Made by a program: the position numbers and the translations under genes. This document shows, one piece after another, positions 20,922-32,397 of a stretch of 64,000 nucleotides of DNA; position 1 is the stretch's first letter; each line of letters starts with the position of its first letter. The DNA lies in NCBI GenBank assembly GCA_002269645.1, contig NIVC01000974.1:186001-250000 (forward strand), read 5' to 3'. The notes below the pieces were generated by a model. The model made no database searches. It had not been told where the DNA came from and worked only from the letters and a program-made list of their open reading frames with translations. This stretch comes from Macrostomum lignano. Lineage: Eukaryota.

Positions 20922-23577
20922 TTATTCCACTTTACAGGCACAATACTTACTCTGTAAATCCGTGGCTTTAACCTGTCTAGCCCGATCACTACACCGGTTT
21001 GCGACCGCAAATGATGATTTTTTTTCGCCTGGGGCTTCATTCATGTTGGAGGTTAGTTTATCGCCGACTTCAGACGGGAATCTTATTGGCTCGGAACACG
21101 GCTGCTCACAACACTGCCGCTCAAAATCCTGCTGCTGCTCATAAGCCTGATGCTGCTCATCATCGGCCTGCGGCTCATAATCCTGCCACTCATTATCAGC
21201 CTGATGCTCATAGCCCTGCTGCTCATAATATTGACGCTCATAGTCCTCCTGCTGCTCATAATCTTGACGCTCATAGTCCTGCTGCTCATAATCTTGACGC
21301 TCATAGTCCTGCTGCTCATAATCCTGACGCTCATAGTCCTGCTGCTCATAATCTTGACGCTCATAGTCCTGCTGCTCATAATCTTGACGCTCATAGTCCT
21401 GCTGCTCATAATCTTGACGCTCATAGTTCTGCTGCTCATAATCTTGACGCTCATTGTCCTGCTGCTCATAATCTTGGTTATGATCATATTCCTGCAGGTT
21501 CTCGTCGAGGCCATCGCCAGCTTCGGGCGTCATGGCGCGGCTGCTGCCCGCTTCCGCATCGGTGCCGACCTCTTCGATGTCGGAGTGGCCGCCGGTGCGC
21601 ACGCTGGCCTCGGGCTCGCATTGAGCGGCTACGGGACCGGGGAATGACAAACATTGTCCGACATTGCAAAGGTAGGCAGAGTTTCAATATAAATCCCCAC
21701 TGAGGCATACAGGCCCAATACAAAACTCATTATTTACCCTTCTTGCCGTCTGGCTTGCAGAGCCTGTCCACCTTGCCCAGCGGTGCGAAAGCCTTCTGCT
21801 TGAAGTCAATCTGAAGTTTCAGCACGAAGCGGTATTATACATTGTCAAGCGCTTTTAACTACCAGCAATCACCTGTACAACAGTAATAAATCACTCACCT
21901 GAATCGGCAGCAGTCCGAGCGACTGTCTGCTGAAAAATTCCAAGAAAGAGCCCATCTCTCCATCCAGATACACAGAGTAGGGCGCGTGCGGCTGAAGAGC
22001 AAAGTTGCAGACCCACCAATCAATTTAATAACTTGCAGATTAAATATGACAACAAAGGAACCAACCTGATCAACTGGGGGCTCAAGATCCACAGTCAGCT
22101 TGAGCAGCACGTCCTGAGTGATTCGGTGGAACTCTTTCACGGCGGCCTCATCAAACTGGGCGGCTCCGCCATTCGGAATCAGAAAGGCCAGTCGGCACAG
22201 AATTGCGTGGGCGGGGACTCCCTCCGCGAACCTCCGGTGCATGCAGCGTAGGTCGGACAAGCCAACAGTCAGCAGCTCTCCGTAGTCGACATCCTCCACC
22301 AGCCGTCGGTCAGCGGAGCCGTCGGCAGCATGACTGACGATTCTCACCCGCCGACAGCCCTGCTTGGTGACGGCCACGCACAGCTGATCAGGCCTGGTGT
22401 ACACCTCCGGCATCGGCGGGTGCTCAGCCGAGTCCAGCTGCTCCATCAGCTTGTCCAGGCGGTTCGACACCTCGCCGTGTGGAATCACGAAGAAGCGGCC
22501 CGGGCCCGAGTTTGAGGCCAGCGGCACCAGCACGTTGTACTGCTGCTGCAGCAGGTAGTGCGCGCTCACTTCGGTGCCAACAGCGGGCTGCCGCGGCCGC
22601 CGCATGCGCTCGACGGGCAGCCGGTAGCCGGGAGGCACGCAGTTCTCGGGAAACGGCGGCGCCTTCGGCAGGTTGGGCAGCCGCGTGCCGTACACGGCGA
22701 TGCGGAGATCCGGGTCAATGGGATTTTTCATCAGCACTATGCCCGGGATTTGGCGCAGCAGATCCAACAGATTGTTGCAGCCCATGCTGGAGAAGCTGGG
22801 CAGCTGGCAGTTGAAACTGCGGGATAAAGGCAGCAGCAGTTTCACTGTGGCGTCCGCAGATAGTTACAAATCAGAGTGGAAAGCGTGAGATTAATGCCGA
22901 ATGAAAGCGGCGTCAATACTAAATATGCGCAAAGAATATTAACAGACGAAAATAATTTAGAAAAATATCAAGGCAAAGTTTATGCCTCTAGGCAAGGCTA
23001 GTTGCACTCACTCCTCCCGGTACTTCTCGGGCAGCAGGAGAACTGGCAGGCCGGGATAAACGTAGGCGATGCACAGCAGCCGCTTTTTCACCTCAGCAGG
23101 CAGACTCAGCTGCCGCTTTGACGCTGATGCGCTGCACTTTGCCGACTCGACCATGGCGTTGCTGGCGACCCGCAGGCACCGCTTCGAGTCCAAGACGAGC
23201 CGACCGGACAGCGCCAGGTTGACGGCCACCTTCTCGGCCGAGCTGCGGTCGAACAGGTCCAGCGGAAACGGCTGCTTGTAGAAGATCTCGAAGGATTGGG
23301 CCAAGTGGGCTGGACGCAGCGGCATCGACAGGCGCTCGGCGGCCACGCGCACCAGCTCGACAATCGACTCGACGGCCTCCGCCTGCTTCGCCGAGCGTTC
23401 GGCATCGCGCTGCCCCTGCAGCTCCAGCTGGCGCTGACGCTCGCGCTCCTCCTTTCGCTGGCGCTCGCGCTCCTCCTTTCGCTGGCGCTCGCGCTCTAGC
23501 TTAGTGTCCTGCTCTGACGGGCACTTTTGATCCTTGATCCGCTCCCAAACCGATTGCTTCATATTTGCTTTTGACAT
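20922..23577 (-). CDS. TDRD5: LOTUS-LOTUS-Tudor protein B (TDRD5/Tejas-like); exons 23577-23012, 22816-22066, 21991-21899, 21810-21738, 21628-20922 (729 aa)
   Basis: All four introns are GT-AG and phase-compatible; total 2190 nt, open frame. Splicing completes a LOTUS (KYRE-D-FNCQLPSFSSMGCNNLLDLLRQIPG). Extended Tudor: LCVAV...RRVRI...VEDVDYGE...LRCMHRRF...PAHAILCRL. Orthology is by architecture only. Confidence 0.75.
21150..21480 (-). repeat. 30-bp coding repeat, QQDYERQDYE x about 9
   Basis: ctcatagtcctgctgctcataatcttgacg units in the last exon of gene B. Confidence 0.93.
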
Positions 23578-24741
23578 GACTAAAACGAACGAGGTCACAT
23601 TTACAGTTTCCTCTGCAATATTATATTAGGCTCAACAGTACTATTAATATATTAAAAATAGATCCTGCAATCTCAGAGTTTCAAGCATTGTATTAGCTAT
23701 CAAAATATATTTATCTGTATCTGTATGTAGATATGGAGTTTCTACAATTTTTGTAGATCAGAGACACATGCAAGCTATACACAACCTCCTAAATTCTATT
23801 GTACAAGCATCTTAGAAGCCTTTGGAAACATAGTTAAGCATTTGCTCTCTCTTTGGTTTGAATTTATTGATGCTCTTTTTTGACAGTTGCTTGTTTTTTG
23901 GTCACTTGTATAAGTTTTTGGTCCTCTTTGTTTCTAGTAAATTGCTTTTGTTTCAAATTTTAAATCATTTTATTAATGCCTACTGGCATCGTGGCTTTTA
24001 ATTTGTTATCTTCAGTTGCAAATTTAATACGTGAAAAACTAGGGTTTAGGTCTAGGCTTGACTATTTTTTACTCAAAAATACATATTGCCACATTAATAA
24101 TAAAAAACAAACATTGATTTTTACCATATAATATCATAATAATAGTAGAAAAACTTTTGAATTGGGTAATTTAAACTATAAATTGTCTTGACATAGCTAA
24201 ATATGCCTTATATTAAATAAGCCATTTTTATAATTTTCATTTCTATAATATATCTTCTACAATATAATTAACTCAATAAATTGTATAAAGCCTAAAAGCT
24301 TGCTTTTTATTACATTAAGGCTTGAAAGTAAGCAATTGAATAGGTAAATTTGCTATAGATTCTTTATATTATAATACATCTAGGAATAAGATCAAAGTTT
24401 ACCTAAATGCTTAGTACATTTTTATATATTTTCATAGGTTTCTATACTTTAAAGGTTTAAGCAAAAAAATGCCAAGTTAAGGATTATTGGGAAAAACAAC
24501 TTTTTATAAAAAGAAAAATAGAAATTTATATTCCTGTTGGGGAGCCAAAGAAATGCAACACACATTTTTTTAATAAGCTACATGTATCCTTGAAATCTTA
24601 AAAAATCTCTTGTCAAACCTTGTAAGCCTTGACATATCAATAATTCCCCCCCCCACAAGCTTTAACATATCAACTTCCCCCCTTGACATCTCAGCAATGC
24701 CTCCAATAAGCCTGGGAAATCTAAAAATATCTGTCAACCTT

Positions 24742-24836
24742 CTAACCCTAACCCTAGCCTAACCCTAGCTTAACCCTAACCCTAGCCCTAGCCTAACCCT
24801 ACCCTAACCCTAACCCTAACCCTAGCCTAACCCTAA
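24742..24836. repeat. Degenerate (CCCTAA)n telomere-like tract inside a region of degenerate gccttgacatctcagc repeats (about 24.6-25.6 kb)
   Basis: ctaaccctaaccctagcctaaccc... seen directly. Confidence 0.75.
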
Positions 24837-25714
24837 AGTATTGACATTTCAGTAATTCTCTCTAAGAGTCATTATAGCACTACTGCAGTATTTATATTGA
24901 TTCCCTGCAAGCCTTGACATTGTAGGGATTCCAAAATGAATCTCTTAACTTCGACATGAAGCTTCTTTTATTTTTTACATTATGCTTTTTTTATCAGCAA
25001 TCCCTCCCCTGAGGAGTCATCAAATAATGTAATAAAAACTTTTCAATAAACTACATGTAGCTTTTGACTTTAGCCTTGAAATCTCATTTATACCCCCGTG
25101 AGCCTTGACATCTCAGCTATTCCCCCCGTAAGCCTTGACATGTCAGTGATGCCCCCCATAAACCTTGAAATCTAAAAAATCCCTTGTTAACCTTGAAACC
25201 CAATAGAATACAACCCTCAACCCACACCTGACCTAAACCTAACTTTAACCCAAGCCTTGAAATCTCAGCAATTCTTCTCCCCTAAGCCTTGACATTTTAT
25301 TGATTCCTTCTTTAAGAATCACAGCACTATAACAATTTCCACCAAGCTTAGACATTGTAGCAATTCCCAAATGAAACTTTTAACTTCGACATGACTTTTC
25401 TTTTATGTATACATAGTGCTACTTTTATTTTTTACATGACTCTTCTTCTATCAGCGCCCCTTGTGGCAAGCCAACAAAGAATGCAATAAAAAATTGAGTA
25501 AAGTACATGAAGTTTGAAGTAGCTTTGCTTTTGCTTTGACATCTCAGAAACCCCCCCCTATAATCTCAGTTATTCTCTGAGAACCTTGACGTCTCAGTTT
25601 TTTCTCCCCAGCACAGCATTATAGCTATATTTAATTTTTACATGACACCCTTCATGTCTGACATGACGCTTCTTTTATTCTACCATGATGCTTCTTAATT
25701 TTTTAAATGACACT

Positions 25715-26190
25715 TTCATTAGTTTTTAAATGAGGCTTCTATGATTTTTTCATGATGCTTTTATGATTTTTTTATGACGCTTCTATGATTTTTTCATGAT
25801 ACTCCTATGATTTTTTTATGACGCTTCTATGACTATTTAGATGACACTTCGATGATTGTTTACATGAGGCTTCTATGATTTTTTACATGGCGCTTCTATG
25901 ATTTTTTACATGACGCTTCTATGATTGTTTATATGATGCTTTTATGATTTTCATATGACACTTCTACGATTTTTTATATGATGCTTCTATGATTGTTTAC
26001 ATGACGCTTTTATGATTGTTTATATGATGCTTCTATGATTGTTTACATGACACTTCTATGATTTTTTACATGACACTTTTATGATTTTTATATGACGCTT
26101 CTATGATTTTTTAAATGTCGTTTCTATGATTGTTTACATGACGCTTCTATGATTGTTTACATGACGCTTTATGATTTTTACATGACACTT
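25715..26190. repeat. Degenerate 21-23-bp tandem repeat (atgacgcttctatgattttttac)
   Basis: Visible periodicity, many substitutions. Confidence 0.85.
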
Positions 26191-26481
26191 CTTTTTAAAA
26201 AGTCTTTTAGTTTTCCTGACGTTGAAAAGCTTTAATTAAAAAAATTATACTCTATGAAAATTTGAATCATTGTTGTTGCATTTAGCAGTTCAGTTTGTTC
26301 ACCTCTCTAGGCTAGCTTTCATCGTTTCAATAACATCAAATTTTGCACTTATATAATTCAACACTTTAAAATCCAAGCATAGAGTAAATCACACGAAGCA
26401 GTTATGATAATCAATTTCTCAGTCAGTCAGTATCAGTTAACAATATGGTTACGCAATTTAAATCAAGTCTGGTGCTGCTGC

Positions 26482-26724
26482 CAGGGTTTTCTTTTTCACC
26501 CAAGACAAGGTGCAAAATTGCACCCTATACTTTCATGGTGCAATTTTAAGGCTCAAAGTGCAATTTCTCTTTTTTCTTATTTAAAGGCAATGCAAATGAG
26601 ACTTAATAGAAAAATAGGTTATAAGACCACTTCTAAACTGCACCTATTTCAATTTCAGGGTGCAATTTTAAAATTTAAGGTGCATACACTGGATACGCAC
26701 ATTTTACACAAAAAATAAACCTAG
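26482..26724. mobile_element. Non-autonomous hAT-type MITE (243 bp)
   Basis: 8-bp TSD GCTGCTGC (26474-26481, 26725-26732); imperfect TIRs CAGGGTTTTCTTTT / AAAAATAAACCTAG. Confidence 0.6.
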
Positions 26725-27039
26725 GCTGCTGCTATTTGTACTTTCTGGCCCAATGGGCAGTTCACAGGAAAATGAAGCACCATAAATCAAATATGTAGGT
26801 GCTTGGTAGCTTTGAATGGCCAGTCAAGTTTTCAATTCTATGAAAATACCAAACACTCAAATTCAGAATATAGTGAAAATTAGAAAAAAAACTTCTTTTT
26901 ATTGATTGTTTTACTAAATGAAAATTTTTTTGAAATACAAGTCTATTAGTTATTTTTGACACTCACTAATATGCACTTTGCTTTCTATAGTCAGCACTTA
27001 TCAATTTTTTACACCCACTGACTAGACCCACAAGGGGGG

Positions 27040-27182
27040 ATAATATCTTCACTTACTCTATGCTACTGCCTATGGTGCTAAAATGAGTATCTGCAACACT
27101 AAAATAAATGCCTATGGCACTATTAGTACAGATACTCATTTTAGCACCGTAGGTAGTAGCATAGAGTAAGTGAAGATATTAT
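27040..27182. other. Long inverted repeat (54-bp arms, 35-nt loop)
   Basis: 27040-27093 pairs with 27129-27182 with 2 mismatches. Confidence 0.9.
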
Positions 27183-29013
27183 TATAAGATTCTTATAATA
27201 ATATCATAATATTATAAGATTATTATAAGCTTATTATAAGAATCAACTTCAACGTTAATTTTTTTCACTTTAGAAGGCTCAAACTAATTTTCGTTTAGAA
27301 AACATAACAAAGTTTATGTTGCTATTTAGTATTAAAAGGCATAATCACTATATGAATATATGCGTAACAATACTGGTATTTTTTACGTTGTCTTGATTAC
27401 CTTCTATTTGAGAACATTGTTGAGAACATTGAGAACAGTGTTGAGAACATTGATGCAGCTGGGCCTCGAATGACGTCAAAGAAGTTTTACAAGTCCTCGA
27501 AGTCGAATTAATGACGTCAAACACGATCGAAAAGCGATCGACGCCAAAAAAATCGAAAATTCGACGTCAAAAGCCCAAGAAGGACGCGTACTACCCCCCC
27601 CCCCCCAACATTGGGGGGGGGGTTTACTGTATATTTTGCCCAGACCAAAAGTCTAGCTGCTTCTGCATTATTGATAACTGCTTACATGTATGTAGGTATC
27701 CCAGTTATAAATGTACATGTACAGTACATGGCACATGATAACCAGAACGTTGCGACCAGTTCCAGCAGCTAGGGACACTTCTTTAACCAGGAATTCATCA
27801 ATCGTCAAATCGCGATATTTCTTCATCGGACTGGCGTTTAACTCTGAACTCAGAAAAATTTTCAAATTCAATTTTCAAAAAATTTAATAAAATATTCATG
27901 CATGTGCTATTTATAATATTTTAGGTTTTATTAAAATTATTATGCAATAATTTCCCTTTTGTTTAAATAGAGCTTGTTGCCATGACGAATTTTTCATTGC
28001 GTACATTTTCTTTAAAACGTTGGTATTTAAGTGTAGCCACTTGCGCTCGATCATTTTCAGTAATCAACCTCAAATTATTAAAGACTACATTCTACAATAA
28101 ATTGGCAATAACAGTAACTAGCTCATTAGCGTTGTAATTGTAACATAAATTTTCGTACTCTCACTGTGCTATGTATCTATGAAACTGTGACATATAAAAC
28201 TATATAAACCACAAGTTGAAAGAATGACTTTATTTTTTCTAAAAATCTGAAATAATTATTGTAAACCTGCACTTTTGACTTTATTTTTTATTAAGTTTTT
28301 GCAATTGTAACTACCTTTGTTTTTTATATCAATAGTCAACTAAAACACTATATGCTGCCAGTGCTACATATAAGTGTTACATAAAATTTAATTTAAAAAC
28401 ACTGAGACACAAATCCCAAGACTCCAAGTTTAATTGGAGTCTGCAATTTTTTACTGTCTCATTATGTTTACGGTTCGTATTATTAATTTGTATCTTATTA
28501 AGCAAGGAAGGCTATGTATTCTCTGCACATTATTTCCTGTGATAAAACGGTTGAAAACTATATCAAATCGATTTTGTTTTCTGTCAACATTTAATCATAT
28601 ATTTACTATTTCTTTGGAAACCTCTTTGCAATGACTTTGGGTTTCAGTGTATTTCCATATGACATCTATTTACTAACAGTTTTTTTTACAGATTTGCCAA
28701 AAATTTACACAATATTTTTAGCTTTTAAAATTAAACTTTATTTGCTTCAAATTTTCTATTCTTCACACTAAAAAATAGCCACTATAAAAAAATTTAAAAA
28801 TTATAAAAGTTAAAAATTTTATAGTATAGAATGTAAGATTAGTGGAAATTATTATCATGTATATAATCATTTTTTTAATTCAGAACCACATACTTGTTTT
28901 CTAATAGACTAGCTGATATGAATGTCTGAAGCACATTTATTAAATATAAATTCTTTGTCTCTCAGAATCAGTTATTTCATACCTTTATAACCATCATCTT
29001 TGCTGCCAACGCA

Positions 29014-29958
29014 ATGGCTAAATTAGCCGCCAATGAGTCACTTGAATCCCAGAGCAAGTCAAAGACTAGCGCAAATCTCACTAACGCCTGGCGCGAGCAC
29101 ATGCAGAGCCGCAGCTTCACCACCGAGCCGCATCACCTGCACAGGCTTGGCATCTTGGCCTACTTCTACTGCCTCCTTGCCACCCCGGCCCTCTTCTTAA
29201 CCCGCGTGCTGCCGCAACTCTCACCAGCTGACAGCGGTTGGTGGGCCGCCGTCTTGGCCACTGCCTTCCTGGTGGCGGAGAATTTTCTCAACTATCGAGC
29301 CTGCATAATTGGGCATCACGAGCACAATGTGGTGCACTGCTTCCACTGCCAGCGGACCAGCCCCGCCGTCCTGGCCTGGCAGGATGGGGGCGACAGGCGC
29401 CAGAGATGCCTCGCCTGCCAGACGGAGTCGCCGCCGCGATCCGAGCACTGCCGCCTGTGCAACCTGTGCGTCATGAGGCGCCACTTTCACTGCTACCTGC
29501 TCTGCTGCTGCATCGGGCACCGGACTCACGGCCACTTCCTTGCGCTATGCCTGTACAGCACCGTCGGCCTGGCGACCAGCTCGCTGGCCTTCGCCATCTA
29601 CGCCGTCGATGTTGGCGGCGGCTGGTCCGGCCTGTTGCTGCCGGCGGCCGCTCTCCGGTTCGCCGCTGGCTCAGCGCCGGCCGCCCTGCCCGCCGCGGTG
29701 TTCAGCCTCTACATCCAGCTGACCTGCCTGGCCATCGCCGCCATCTACGGCTTCCTGCAGTTGCAGCTGCTGTTGCGCAATCAGACTCCGGCCGAGATTG
29801 CCGCCATGGACCGGCGCTACCGCCTGGATAGTTGCTATGACAACCTGCGCGCTTCGCTTGGCCCGGCTCGGTACTGGCCGCTGTTATTACTTTATCCGAT
29901 TAGAATTGAGCCGGACTCTGACGGCTGCAACTGGCGGCTCAGATCAAAGAGAAGTTGA
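29014..29958 (+). CDS. DHHC-family (ZDHHC22/24-like) membrane protein with HFHC in place of DHHC; single exon, 314 aa
   Basis: CLACQTESPPRSEHCRLCNLCVMRRHFHCYLLCCCIGHRTHGHFL matches the DHHC cysteine-rich domain; hydrophobic segments on both sides; NQTPAE resembles the TTxE region. Confidence 0.88.
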   Translation: MAKLAANESLESQSKSKTSANLTNAWREHMQSRSFTTEPHHLHRLGILAYFYCLLATPALFLTRVLPQLSPADSGWWAAVLATAFLVAENFLNYRACIIGHHEHNVVHCFHCQRTSPAVLAWQDGGDRRQRCLACQTESPPRSEHCRLCNLCVMRRHFHCYLLCCCIGHRTHGHFLALCLYSTVGLATSSLAFAIYAVDVGGGWSGLLLPAAALRFAAGSAPAALPAAVFSLYIQLTCLAIAAIYGFLQLQLLLRNQTPAEIAAMDRRYRLDSCYDNLRASLGPARYWPLLLLYPIRIEPDSDGCNWRLRSKRS

Positions 29959-30224
29959 CTAATTATTATAACTAGATACGACTCTCCCCTCCCTGGCAAG
30001 TAATATCGATGCTGCTGCATTAGCTGTAGGCGAAACAGAGACTTAAAAGTACAATAAGTTTATGCAACAATATTCTGCTACTAGTGGTCCTTGCTAATTC
30101 CTTAACTTTCCAAACAAAAATTCCTAAACCCACTAAAAATTCTCATAGACAAACCGAGACAGTTTTTAACATATCCGAGGTGTCGTTTCTGCAGTACTGT
30201 GTCACCATATCTCTGTTTGAGAGC

Positions 30225-31075
30225 TCCCTCTTCTCTCTCCTGACCATTTCTGACCAGTTTCTCAATCTGTCTGTTTGAGATCTCCGTCTCCTCTCTCTTT
30301 CCTGACCAGTTTCTCAATCTGTCTGTTTGAGATCTCCGTCTCCTCTCTCTTTCCTGACCAGTTTCTCAATCTGTCTGTTTGAGATCTCCGTCTCCTCTCT
30401 CTTTCCTGACCAGTTTCTCAATCTGTCTGTTTGAGATCTCCGTCTCCTCTCTCTTTCCTGACCAGTTTCTCAATCTGTCTGTTTGAGATCTCCGTCTCCT
30501 CTCTCTTTCCTGACCAGTTTCTCAATCTGTCTGTTTGAGATCTCCGTCTCCTCTCTCTTTCCTGACCAGTTTCTCAATCTGTCTGTTTGAGATCTCCGTC
30601 TCCTCTCTCTTTCCTGACCAGTTTCTCAATCTGTCTGTTTGAGATCTCCGTCTCCTCTCTCTTTCCTGACCAGTTTCTCAATCTGTCTGTTTGAGATCTC
30701 CGTCTCCTCTCTCTTTCCTGACCAGTTTCTCAATCTGTCTGTTTGAGATCTCCGTCTCCTCTCTCTTTCCTGACCAGTTTCTCAATCTGTCTGTTTGAGA
30801 TCTCCGTCTCCTCTCTCTTTCCTGACCAGTTTCTCAATCTGTCTGTTTGAGATCTCCGTCTCCTCTCTCTTTCCTGACCAGTTTCTCAATCTGTCTGTTT
30901 GAGATCTCCGTCTCCTCTCTCTTTCCTGACCAGTTTCTCAATCTGTCTGTTTGAGATCTCCGTCTCCTCTCTCTTTCCTGACCAGTTTCTCAATCTGTCT
31001 GTTTGAGATCTCCGTCTCCTCTCTCTTTCCTGACCAGTTTCTCAATCTGTCTGTTTGAAATCTCTGTCCCTCTCT
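30225..31075. repeat. 52-bp tandem array, about 15 near-identical copies
   Basis: gtttctcaatctgtctgtttgagatctccgtctcctctctctttcctgacca at 30257, 30309, 30361... Confidence 0.97.
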
Positions 31076-31664
31076 CTCCTCTTTCTCCTTCTGACCAATT
31101 TCTCAATATAAATTTTGAATACATGCCTTCTCTCTAGGTGTAACAAATTTTCTAGATCAATTTTCAATCGTACTAAATTGATTTTTTAATTTAAATTTTT
31201 GCATCTTGAGTTTTCTTTGAATCTTTGCGCAAGACTTAAGCGTCCGCAGCATATTTTTTTAACGTTATCGTTGTGTTTCTAAGAATAGCGCTCCTATAAA
31301 TCCAATAGTTTCCCACAAGCAATTGTATTTAAATTGTACTTATATTTGTTTGTTTCAATGCTAGTCAAAAGTCAGTTTTTGTTTAACTGCACTCTTAATT
31401 TTAAACTTCAATTTAAATTTTTTTCTTTTGTTTTTAGTCCATTTTACTATTAGTGTTATATTACTGTACTGCATCACATTTTCTATCGATTCAATTCCTT
31501 TTGCTTTCTAGTCCGGAAATAAATTCGTTATTGTTGCTGATTATTCATAAACTTCTATTCCTCTCGCAATTGACAGGCTTGCCTAGACTCGGATATAAGT
31601 CTGTCTGAAACAGTGGCTTCTGTAGTTTCTTGCTTTCGTTGCTTCTTACCTTCCTACCCCAATT

Positions 31665-31905
31665 CCCACCCTCCAACCCTAATTCCTATCCTTTCAACCG
31701 AATTCCTACCCCCAACCCCAATTCCTACCCCAAGCTCAATTCCCACCGTCCAACAACAATTCCTACCCCAAACCCAATTCCTACCCCCAACCCCAATTTC
31801 TACCCTCCAACCCAAATTCCTACCCTCCAACCCAAATTCCTACCCTCCAATCCAAATTCCTACCCTCCAACCCAAATTCCTACCCTCCAATCCAAATTCC
31901 TACAC
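31665..31905. repeat. Short C-rich tandem repeat (20-bp cccaaattcctaccctccaa)
   Basis: Seen directly; degenerate on the left. Confidence 0.88.
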
Positions 31906-31964
31906 TCCAACCTCAATGCCTGTCATGCTAACCAGCACATCTGCACTTAAATTAACCGGGGGGG

Positions 31965-32235
31965 GCATCACAAACCCGAAAAATCAAAACTCCGAAAAGC
32001 GCTTTCCATCATAAACCCGAAATAACATAAACCCGAAATATCATAACTCCGAAAGTTCTAGCAATGTCCAACACTATTTTGGTTTTCGGAGTTATGATAT
32101 TTCGGGTTTGTGATATTTCGGGTTTGTGATGGGCGTTGCTATTAATTTCGGAGTTGTAATTTTTCGGGTTTCTGATATTTCGGGTTTATGATGGGAAGTG
32201 CTTTCGGAGTTGTGATTTTTCGGGTTTATGATGGC
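31965..32235. mobile_element. Foldback/MITE-like element with about 60-bp imperfect TIRs built from catAAACCCGAAA / AACTCCGAAA subrepeats
   Basis: Left end gcatcacaaacccgaaaaatcaaaactccgaaa mirrors right end tttcggagttgtgatttttcgggtttatgatggc; inner arms 32027-32057 and 32084-32112. No TSD identified. Confidence 0.6.
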
Positions 32236-32397
32236 GAGCAATAGGTAAAACTATATGTGTTGATTAGTAGTGTTCAAATTACGGAATTCTTCAGACATTT
32301 TAAATTTACGCTGATTTTGACACAAGTGAAGCAACTGCAAAAGCAGATTTAACAAGTTGAGCATCTCATTAAAATGGATTTAAAATCATTTTACATT

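Noticed and set aside
27668-27871. Candidate missing upstream exon of LOTUS-Tudor gene B
   Set aside because: No LOTUS pattern and no convincing phase-1 donor.
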